A stretch of 27,445 nucleotides of DNA, taken from IMG/VR virus record IMGVR_UViG_3300024246_000004, positions 1-27,445 of that record; one strand, given 5' to 3'. The notes below the pieces were generated by a model. It saw only the letters and a program-made list of their open reading frames with translations, had not been told where the DNA came from and did no database searches. This document shows positions 16,070 through 22,719 of the stretch, piece after piece. Origin of the DNA: a virus (lineage: Duplodnaviria > Heunggongvirae > Uroviricota > Caudoviricetes). Position 1 is the first letter of the stretch. Every line of letters begins with the position of its first letter. Both the position numbers and the translations under genes were made by a program.

Positions 16070-16326
16070 TCAGCGCCATGGCTGATGGCCGTGTGGCCAG
16101 TCCCTGCCGCGTTGGCACAGTCACCGGGCATTCGTGAAGGTTGAGTACGGTGCGAGCTCCCACTGCTCCACCAGCGCATGGAGAGCGCTGGGCCAGGATC
16201 GAACTGGCGACCTCACCGGAATCGTGCCTCGGGTTCTGTGTTACTCCACGCTGTCGCATTGTTTCATTCTGGAGCGGTATTCTGAGGTGTGATTCTCAGT
16301 TTTAGCTTCAGTTTGAACTTGCGCTC
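16070..16326 (-). ncRNA. Circularly permuted tRNA-like (YrlA/Y-RNA-like) ncRNA; core 16109-16251
   Basis: 5'->3': CGGUG, AGGUC (variable loop), T arm GCCAG-UUCGAUC-CUGGC, acceptor hairpin CCAGCGC-UCUCCAU-GCGCUGG, UG, D arm GAGC-AGUGGGA-GCUC, G, CACCG. All four tRNA helices are perfectly paired. The anticodon stem continues as a long interrupted helix (GGCA/UGCC, CCG/CGG, CACAG/CUGUG, GCGUGG/CCAACGC). Extra 5' and 3' hairpins set the outer bounds tentatively. Confidence 0.85.
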
Positions 16327-16332
16327 GGGACT

Positions 16333-16361
16333 AACGTACCACGTCTAGACGCCGAACACAA
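16333..16361 (-). promoter_or_regulatory. Putative ncRNA promoter TTGTGT-17-TACGTT
   Basis: Overlaps the 3' end of the upstream CDS; predicted +1 near 16326 coincides with the first paired G of the GAGCG/CGCUC stem. Confidence 0.6.
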
Positions 16362-17082
16362 ACGCCATGACCGCAGCGCCCGGGTCCTGCGGCGCGGCCT
16401 CCACGGAGTTCGCCTGCTCACGGGCGTGCAGCACCGCCTCGCGCAGCGCGTACAGACGCCCCTGCATGGCCTGCACCTGCGAGGCCGGAAGCGCGCCGGA
16501 GAAGTTCACCAGCTCCCAGTAGCCCGCCAGGTCGTCCCGCGAGACCTCCCTGACCTGCGCCGGGTGCTTGTCGGTGGCGGGGGCCGCGATGACGAAGTCG
16601 GTGATCTTCCGGGTGCGCACCGTCTCCACCGGTTCGGTCTTCCACTGGCCCGCCGTGGTCTCGTCACGGCTCCAGCTCATCGCCGGGTCCAGCGTCGGCA
16701 GGGTGCTGACCAGCGCCAGCATCTCGCCAACCTGCTTCTCCAGGAACAGCAGGTAGCTGACCGGCGCGTCGTGCACGAGGGTCGTGCCGTTCACCACGAC
16801 GTCGGCCTTCGCCTGGGTGTTGGCGAACTCCTTGACCGCGACGATGTCGAACAGCCGGGCCAGACTCGCGCCGACCAGCGTGAGGATCTCCGGCGCGGTG
16901 TACTGCACGCGCTTGCTCTCGGACGGGAGGCGGTCACCTTCCTCGTCCTTCGGCCTGTAGGTCTTGGAGAAGCCGCTGAGCGCGTTGCCGTTGGCCAGGC
17001 CGCGCCTGGCTTCGTCGAGGGCCCGGCTGGTGGTGTCCTGAGCGGACTTGAGGACGGGCAGGATCTGGTGCAGACGGGGCAT
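16345..17082 (-). CDS. Conserved actinobacterial protein (recalled as DUF7873-like), 245 aa
   Basis: L.QI..V.K, SKTYRPKDEEGDRLP.ESKRVQ, PVSYLLFLEKQ, ATDKHPAQV, FSGALPA, AREQAN motifs; AGGAGG RBS. Confidence 0.85.
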   Translation of the reverse strand: MPRLHQILPVLKSAQDTTSRALDEARRGLANGNALSGFSKTYRPKDEEGDRLPSESKRVQYTAPEILTLVGASLARLFDIVAVKEFANTQAKADVVVNGTTLVHDAPVSYLLFLEKQVGEMLALVSTLPTLDPAMSWSRDETTAGQWKTEPVETVRTRKITDFVIAAPATDKHPAQVREVSRDDLAGYWELVNFSGALPASQVQAMQGRLYALREAVLHAREQANSVEAAPQDPGAAVMAFVFGV

Positions 17083-17219
17083 GGTGAACCTCCTGAGGTT
17101 GAAGGCGAGTGTGGGCGCGGCGGCGCAGGTATGGGTTTCGATTTCACCCGGGCCGCGCGGATTTGCGTTAGCGTATCACGCGAGCGCCCCGCAGGACCGG
17201 AGTCTCGCGGGGCGATGCG

Positions 17220-17480
17220 TCAGATCTTGTCCGGATCCACGTACGTCGCGTACGTATCGAGGCTCTCCAGCCTGCCCGCGAACACGCCGCAGACCTGGAG
17301 CGTGCCGCCCTTCGCGCGGGCGTCCTGCTGCGCCATCGTCTCGGCCTGGCGCGGGAGGTCCGTCGGATAGTACTCCAGCCACCTCTCCTGGGTCTCCACC
17401 CAGAAGCCGACGACCGTGCACCAGTCCATCTGCTCCTTGAGCTCCTCGGCGAGGATCTCGGCGGCGTCGCGCGGCGGCAT
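17220..17480 (-). CDS. Hypothetical protein, 86 aa
   Basis: TAATG overlap with the lipoprotein stop. Confidence 0.7.
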   Translation of the reverse strand: MPPRDAAEILAEELKEQMDWCTVVGFWVETQERWLEYYPTDLPRQAETMAQQDARAKGGTLQVCGVFAGRLESLDTYATYVDPDKI

Positions 17481-18049
17481 TACTTGCGGCCCGCGCTGCG
17501 CGACACGCTGTAGCTGCTGCGCGAGCCCGACGAAGAGGAGTTGGAGTTGCTGCGCGACCCGCCGCCGTAGGACGTGGTGGTGCGGCTGCCACTGCCGAAC
17601 GAGGTGGTGCTGACCTTCGAGCCGGTCACCGTGCCGCCGGTGGACGACTTGTAGACGGCGCGGGAGGACAGGGTACTGACGCCGCGCTGGAACGAGGAGG
17701 AGTGGTTCAGCGTCACGATCGTGACGCTGGTGTAGTGCGACCGGTAGCTGGTCGGAACGTAGGTGTTGTAGTACACCGGGCTCGACCAGTAGTCCCAGTA
17801 CTCTTCCTCCCACGACATCGGCATCGGCGTGGGCATGGACCCGGCCGGGCACAGGCCCGCCGCCATCAGGTTGTACGCCTCCTGGGTGCTGGTCAGGTAG
17901 TAGCACTCCCGGACGTTGCTTACGGTCTGCCAGTATGCAGCGGGCGCGTACGTGACGGGCGCGCTGTCGTCCCAGCCGCTCCCGCAGGCGCTCAGCCCAG
18001 CGGCCAGGCCAGCTGCCGTGAGGGCCCCCGCGATGATCTTCTTGGACAT
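17480..18049 (-). CDS. Lipoprotein with Ser/Gly/Thr-rich tail, 189 aa
   Basis: MSKKIIAGALTAAGLAAGLSA|C lipobox; AAGGGAG RBS; low-complexity C-terminus. Confidence 0.85.
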   Translation of the reverse strand: MSKKIIAGALTAAGLAAGLSACGSGWDDSAPVTYAPAAYWQTVSNVRECYYLTSTQEAYNLMAAGLCPAGSMPTPMPMSWEEEYWDYWSSPVYYNTYVPTSYRSHYTSVTIVTLNHSSSFQRGVSTLSSRAVYKSSTGGTVTGSKVSTTSFGSGSRTTTSYGGGSRSNSNSSSSGSRSSYSVSRSAGRK

Positions 18050-18083
18050 CCAATCTCCCTTCGTCGGTGGGCTTGCTGCGTTG

Positions 18084-18165
18084 AGCGTATACGTTATGAC
18101 GACAGAGTACAAGTTCTTCGAGCCGACAGTTTAGCTTGCATTCGAGCCGACGATCGTGATACGTT
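18084..18165. promoter_or_regulatory. Divergent promoter pair
   Basis: Minus: TTGTAC(18112)-17-TACGCT(18089). Plus: TTGCAT(18136)-18-TACGTT(18160) with extended TG. At the strand switch. Confidence 0.65.
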
Positions 18166-18244
18166 CATCCCCAATCCGGCGGCCAGACTCGTACCGAACT
18201 CCATAACTCCTGCGCTGTTGGACCGTCTCACGAAAGGAGGTCGG

Positions 18245-18496
18245 ATGGACACGACTGGCACCACGTGGCACGAGGCCAGCATCACCGTGGACACCTTCAT
18301 CAACGCCGACGGCGAGGAACGCCCCGGGTACGTCTTCAAACTGAACCACCCGCCGGACTGCCGCGCTGACTGCTGCCTCTTGGAGCAGCAGTACTGGCCG
18401 CCGGAGTTCCACGAGATCCCCGGCATCGGCGACTACCGCGTGCGGTACGTCCCGTTCGACGGCGGCTCAGACGGACTCCAGTGGGAATTCGCGTGA
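18245..18496 (+). CDS. Hypothetical protein, 83 aa
   Basis: AAGGAGG RBS before ATG 18245. Confidence 0.75.
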   Translation: MDTTGTTWHEASITVDTFINADGEERPGYVFKLNHPPDCRADCCLLEQQYWPPEFHEIPGIGDYRVRYVPFDGGSDGLQWEFA

Positions 18497-18744
18497 ACGG
18501 CGAGGCGAAGCTGCGCGAGGCGCTGGAATCCCTGTTCTGCCCCTACGACTGGCACGACATGGAGGGCAACGCCATCGCCCCCTCCGGGTCCACGGTGGAC
18601 GCAGTGCTCGACGTCCTCAAGGGCGGCGAGTGGCTGATCACCGGCGGCACGGTCCAGCACGTGTGGTCCGCGCGTTACGACGGCTCGGTGGTAGAGCACG
18701 AGGACGCCTGGCACCAGAACTGGCGCGTGCGCACCGATGGCTGA
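18493..18744 (+). CDS. Hypothetical protein, 83 aa (paralog family B)
   Basis: GTGA overlap; VDAVLDVLKGGEWLITGGTVQHV...NWRVRT. Confidence 0.7.
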   Translation: MNGEAKLREALESLFCPYDWHDMEGNAIAPSGSTVDAVLDVLKGGEWLITGGTVQHVWSARYDGSVVEHEDAWHQNWRVRTDG

Positions 18745-19153
18745 GCACCGCTCCACGCGCTGCCCGGCCTGCGGGCGCTTCGTGAAGATCCTGCTCGACG
18801 GGACCTTCGCGAAGCACACGAAGCTCAAGGACTTGCGCTCAGGCGAGTGCCCGATGTCCCGGCACCGGCCGCCCACGCCCGAGGCCGCCGAGCTATTGCG
18901 CGAGGTGCTGCGGGCCGCGTTCTGGGAGCACTTCGGGCTGGCTTACGAGGAGTGGGGGCCCGGCCAGGACGACGAGTCCACCGCCGACGCCGCGATCGAG
19001 GCCTTGCGTACCGGCAGTTTCCTGGTCGTGGACGGCCAGATCTACCTCGTGACCAGCAGTCACGAGGTGAGCGAAACCGCTGGCGAACGCCAGTGGACCA
19101 TCACGACAAACGACGAAGGAGACGCATATGGCGCTCGGTTCCAGCTGGATTGA
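18737..19153 (+). CDS. Zn-ribbon + family-B domain protein, 138 aa
   Basis: CPAC...KH...CP ribbon, then ADAAIEALRTGSFLVVDGQIYLV...QWTITT. Confidence 0.72.
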   Translation: MAEHRSTRCPACGRFVKILLDGTFAKHTKLKDLRSGECPMSRHRPPTPEAAELLREVLRAAFWEHFGLAYEEWGPGQDDESTADAAIEALRTGSFLVVDGQIYLVTSSHEVSETAGERQWTITTNDEGDAYGARFQLD

Positions 19154-19658
19154 CCGCATGTGGGACAAGGAGCCGCCGGAGCCGGTGATCGGAAACCGGT
19201 CCGGGCTGACGGTCACGGAGAAGAAGATCCTGCTGGCGTTCGCGCAGGGCTACGAGACCCAGGAGGTGGCCGAGATGAACAAAATGGGCTTGGCCACGTT
19301 CGAGCGGCAGCCTCTGGGGCGTCTGCGCCTGAAGTTGCACGCCCAGGACGCGCGGCGCATGGTGAAGCTGGCCTACGAGCTGGGCGCGCTGGAACTGTCC
19401 GGACCTCCGCTGGAGGGCGTGCACGTCCCCGAGCTCTATCTCGACGTCCTGCTCCTGGTGCCCGACGGCTACCAGAACCACGAGATCTCCGAGAAACTGG
19501 ATCGCCCGCTCGGCACGGTGCGCACGCACATGGGGGTCCTCTCGACGGCGTTCATGGTGAAGCGCGGGATGGGTGGCCGTTCGCAACTGGCGTCGCGCTG
19601 TTTCGAGTTCGGCATCGTTCCCGGCGCGCACGTCTCGACGAAGCCGAAGGCCAAGTAG
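19128..19658 (+). CDS. Tandem LuxR-type HTH regulator, 176 aa
   Basis: Two units: LTVTEKKILLAFAQGYETQEVAE...KLAYELG and LDVLLLVPDGYQNHEISEKLDRPLGTVRTHM...FEFG; AAGGAG RBS. Confidence 0.78.
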   Translation: MALGSSWIDRMWDKEPPEPVIGNRSGLTVTEKKILLAFAQGYETQEVAEMNKMGLATFERQPLGRLRLKLHAQDARRMVKLAYELGALELSGPPLEGVHVPELYLDVLLLVPDGYQNHEISEKLDRPLGTVRTHMGVLSTAFMVKRGMGGRSQLASRCFEFGIVPGAHVSTKPKAK

Positions 19659-19757
19659 TTTCCGGCGCCGGACCCGGGGCCAGAACCCACTCTTTGCGCG
19701 CGCCAGGAAGGCCGCGCCCCGGGCCTGGCGTATTGGGGGGTCATTTTTTTCAAATTG

Positions 19758-19786
19758 TTGCCGCTGGACTTCCCGCGCGCTAGGAT
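19758..19786 (+). promoter_or_regulatory. Promoter TTGCCG-17-TAGGAT, followed immediately by TAACGTA
   Basis: Hexamers read directly, upstream of ATG 19868. Confidence 0.6.
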
Positions 19787-19867
19787 TAACGTATACCGGG
19801 CGGCCAACATGTGCACGCGACCCAGACTCCCCCCGCCGCCCCTCTCCGACGTCAGCTAGGAGGACAC

Positions 19868-20380
19868 ATGCCAGTACTCTCCGAAGACCCCGAGATCGAA
19901 GCCACCGTCCGCGCCGCCCGAGGTGCCGCGCACCTGGACGCCCAATTCCCCGGATGGGAGGCGTACATCGACGTCGAGGCCCTGGACCTCTACAACGGGG
20001 AACTGTGCGTCCTGGGCCAGCTGGGCAACAGGCACCCCGGCTTCGCCGACATCGAACGGCGCGCCTTCAGCTCCTCGTACGCGGATGCGGTCAAGTACCT
20101 GTGTCCGTCCCTGGACTTCACGGACAGCGGTCCCACAGCGCTGGCGTGGCCGCTGCAACACGGCTTCCTCGCCATTCCCGATCACCACCCCGAGTTCGAC
20201 GGGGTGGGCTACGAGCGCCTGCTGCCCGCGTGGAAGGCGGCGATCGGCAGGCGCCAGGAGCGCTTCGCGGTGCGGCCGTCCTCCACGCTGCCGGTCGAGG
20301 CGGCGACGCGGAAGCAGGACGAGGCGTTCCGCGACGAGTACGAGGCGCGTGGGATCTTCGCCGACTCGGAGGCCGAGTGA
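19868..20380 (+). CDS. Hypothetical protein, 170 aa (paralog family A)
   Basis: ARGAAHLDAQFPGWEAYIDVEALDLYNGELCVLGQL; AGGAGG RBS region. Confidence 0.8.
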   Translation: MPVLSEDPEIEATVRAARGAAHLDAQFPGWEAYIDVEALDLYNGELCVLGQLGNRHPGFADIERRAFSSSYADAVKYLCPSLDFTDSGPTALAWPLQHGFLAIPDHHPEFDGVGYERLLPAWKAAIGRRQERFAVRPSSTLPVEAATRKQDEAFRDEYEARGIFADSEAE

Positions 20381-20496
20381 CGTATTACGTTGTCTGGTCT
20401 ATTGTCGGCTCTGCGGCCTTCGGCGTCGCGATTCGCTGCTGGCTGGAGCTACTGCACCGGAAGGCTCGTGAGGGTGATGTCGGGCGGTTGGACTGA
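20377..20496 (+). CDS. Single-TM peptide, 39 aa
   Basis: GTGA overlap; MTYYVVWSIVGSAAFGVAIRCWLELLHRKAREGDVGRLD. Confidence 0.5.
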   Translation: MTYYVVWSIVGSAAFGVAIRCWLELLHRKAREGDVGRLD

Positions 20497-20716
20497 GGTG
20501 CGCGTGCGCTACGTGAATGGCGCGGGCCACCAGGTCTCGTTCGCGTTGGACGGCCGCACGGTGACGGAGAGGCGCGGCGGGGAGCTCGCGGTGACTTTCA
20601 CGAGCAGCCTGCCCGAGGATCGGGTGCGCCATGTGGAGCATCGCGACGAGGCGCTGCGCAGGCAGGGCTATGTCCCGGACTGCGACTGGCGCGTCCTGTT
20701 CGGGGTTGACAATTGA
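20477..20716 (+). CDS. Hypothetical protein, 79 aa (weak WGR-like topology)
   Basis: GAGGG RBS; beta-rich N-half then a helix ending RRQGY. Confidence 0.6.
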   Translation: MSGGWTEVRVRYVNGAGHQVSFALDGRTVTERRGGELAVTFTSSLPEDRVRHVEHRDEALRRQGYVPDCDWRVLFGVDN

Positions 20717-20979
20717 TGAGGCGTATCACCTGGAAGGACGGGGGCCGCTACCCGCACAGCGACGGGTTCGTGGGCGACCGGCAACTCTTCTCGATCCGCT
20801 CCGGGGCGGCCATGGGCGCCCAGCCGATCATGTGGACGCCGCTGAGCAAGCACGGGGATTTCCTGGACAAGCCGGAACGCGCGGCAACGCAGGAGCTGCT
20901 CAAGGAGCGCGCCGAGCGCATCCTGGAGGACTTCGTGACGGCGGCCGGAGCTGTTTTCCCGGAGCGCGGAGAGCAGTAA
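20716..20979 (+). CDS. Hypothetical protein, 87 aa
   Basis: TGATG overlap. Confidence 0.7.
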   Translation: MRRITWKDGGRYPHSDGFVGDRQLFSIRSGAAMGAQPIMWTPLSKHGDFLDKPERAATQELLKERAERILEDFVTAAGAVFPERGEQ

Positions 20980-20988
20980 ACTGGAGCT

Positions 20989-21063
20989 GCGTCCGTATGC
21001 CCTCCCCCTTCTAAGGGGCTGAAAGGCTAATGGATCATGTGGGTTCGAGCCCCACCGGACGCA
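20989..21063 (+). tRNA. Atypical D-armless tRNA-like element (possible UCU anticodon)
   Basis: Perfect acceptor GCGUCCG/CGGACGC + A73; U8A9; T arm GUGGG-UUCGAGC-CCCAC; loop CU-UCU-AA on a 4-bp CCCC/GGGG stem; only 5 nt where the D arm should be; 19-nt variable region; no CCA. Confidence 0.55.
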
Positions 21064-21147
21064 CTGCACGGCCATATGCCCCCCGGTGCCCGAGAAGCCC
21101 ACGCCGTGCTACGCTAGGCAAGCTCAGAGGCCAACTGGATGTTGAGA

Positions 21148-21187
21148 GCCGCCATCCCACTTGACGTGGGGTGGCGGTTTTCATTTA
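21148..21187 (+). terminator. Intrinsic terminator
   Basis: 13-bp stem GCCGCCATCCCAC/GTGGGGTGGCGGT followed by TTTCATTT. Confidence 0.7.
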
Positions 21188-21325
21188 CACTGGCGCTACC
21201 GCTACTTCCCCGCGCCGGTTCAACCGTGGCAGCCACGGCCGCGTACGTTAACGCGTTGAAACTCCCCGCTCTCGCTTCCGGCCGTCCACGCCCTTATCAT
21301 CGAGCCAACGATGAAAGGCATTGGC

Positions 21326-21589
21326 GTGAATGAGCTGCTCTTTGAGCCCCAGGTAGACGACGAACCCGACGAGGGCGACCACCTCATTACCGGCTTCGCT
21401 CCCAACGATCCATGGCACCCACTTGACGCCCCCTTCATGGAATACGAACGTTGGACTCGACAACTTGAGACCGGCACTTGTACCTTGTGTGGTGGACAAG
21501 CACTGCGTGGCATCAAGCGCTGGTGGCACGTTGACGAATCTTGCTGGCCTGTCAAGCCCGGCAGGATCTCAAAATTCCGAGGTGAGTAG
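21326..21589 (+). CDS. Hypothetical protein with C..C/H...C motif, 87 aa
   Basis: GAAAGG RBS before GTG 21326 (ATG 21311 is an alternative); visibly AT-richer codon use. Confidence 0.55.
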   Translation: MNELLFEPQVDDEPDEGDHLITGFAPNDPWHPLDAPFMEYERWTRQLETGTCTLCGGQALRGIKRWWHVDESCWPVKPGRISKFRGE

Positions 21590-21592
21590 CAG

Positions 21593-21865
21593 ATGGTGAA
21601 CATCGAAGAGATCTGGCACGCGCTCGTGCAGAAGATCGAGAATCTCCGCCACCACGTGGACCCGGCGCTGCACCAGGACCTCGACGAGATCGGCCTGCAC
21701 GCCGCGCAATTGAAGGCCGCCGCCGGGGGCGAGGTCACCAAGATCGCGGTGGACGCCAGCAAGTTCGTCGGCGCCGAAGTGAAGGCCGTCGAGGAGGACA
21801 CGCTCAAGGCCGCGCAGAGCGTCGAGACCGCCGTCCCTGCTCCCGCGAAGGACGTCCTGAAGTGA
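21593..21865 (+). CDS. Hypothetical helical protein, 90 aa
   Basis: GAGG RBS; start of a tightly coupled operon. Confidence 0.72.
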   Translation: MVNIEEIWHALVQKIENLRHHVDPALHQDLDEIGLHAAQLKAAAGGEVTKIAVDASKFVGAEVKAVEEDTLKAAQSVETAVPAPAKDVLK

Positions 21866-22146
21866 GCGTCATCGACGCCCCGTTCGAGCAGGCCCTCGTC
21901 TGGCTCAAAGACGGCAAGAAGGTCGCGCGCATCGGCTGGAACGCGCCGGGCCAGTGGATCGTCGCGCAGAAGGGCTACCCGGACGGCATCGCGATCAACG
22001 CGAACACGGCCGCCGCGACCGGTATCCCCGAGGGCGTCGTCGAGATCTTCGACCCGTACATGATGCTGCACAACGCCCAAGGCCACTTCGTGCCGTGGGC
22101 GCCGACGCAGGGCGACCTGTTCGCCGCCGACTGGACCACGGCCTGA
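21862..22146 (+). CDS. tad2: Tad2 / DUF2829-family anti-defence sponge protein, 94 aa
   Basis: FEQAL..LKDGKKVARIGWN and PYM......G.FVPW.PTQGDLFA.DW hallmark motifs. Confidence 0.85.
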   Translation: MSVIDAPFEQALVWLKDGKKVARIGWNAPGQWIVAQKGYPDGIAINANTAAATGIPEGVVEIFDPYMMLHNAQGHFVPWAPTQGDLFAADWTTA

Positions 22147-22364
22147 TGGCCTCACCCAACATGCGCGCGATGCGCGCCAGACTCGACGGCCTCGGCCCCA
22201 CCATGGTCGTGGAGACGCCGCATCCCGGTACGAGCCGGTGGTCCCGGCGGCACTTCGTCAGCCAGGAGAAGAAGATCATCAACACGGTGGCGCGCCCGAA
22301 CTGGACGGACCGATTCCGCGAGGAGTACCGCATCCGGCGCTGGAACGCGGCGCACGAGCGGTGA
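22146..22364 (+). CDS. Basic hypothetical protein, 72 aa
   Basis: TGATG overlap. Confidence 0.65.
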   Translation: MASPNMRAMRARLDGLGPTMVVETPHPGTSRWSRRHFVSQEKKIINTVARPNWTDRFREEYRIRRWNAAHER

Positions 22365-22534
22365 AGGTCATCGTTTCCAGCGGCGACAAACACGTCCACG
22401 TCTACGTCAAGGGCAGCAGTGCGAAGGGGCTCAAGCGCGCCGAGAGGACCGCCGAGAAACTCCTGGAGAAAGCTGTGACGCCGGTCAAGCCGAAGAACCC
22501 GATCGGCTTCGAAGCCCCGAAAGGCGCCGAATGA
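22361..22534 (+). CDS. Small basic protein, 57 aa
   Basis: GTGA overlap; KNPIGF motif. Confidence 0.65.
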   Translation: MKVIVSSGDKHVHVYVKGSSAKGLKRAERTAEKLLEKAVTPVKPKNPIGFEAPKGAE

Positions 22535-22719
22535 GCGAGAATGAGCAGCCGGTCGCCGAACCGGCCGACCCGTTTACGGAACTCGCGCAGGGCTTTATCA
22601 CCGTACACGAGGTCTTCAAGAACTACATGGCCGCTGGCTTCACCGAAGACCAGGCGCTACGACTGATTGCCTATATGGGCCAGCGGCCAACTGCCGACGA
22701 GAATCCGGGGACGCCGTGA
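22531..22719 (+). CDS. Small conserved actinophage protein, 62 aa
   Basis: ATGA overlap; HEVF...MAAGFTEDQAL motif. Confidence 0.7.
   Translation: MSENEQPVAEPADPFTELAQGFITVHEVFKNYMAAGFTEDQALRLIAYMGQRPTADENPGTP

Noticed and set aside
19700-19755. SRP-like RNA or terminator near CCAGGAAGG and the T-tract
   Set aside because: Only a 7-bp stem, no SRP domain IV consensus, and the T-tract is not adjacent to the stem.
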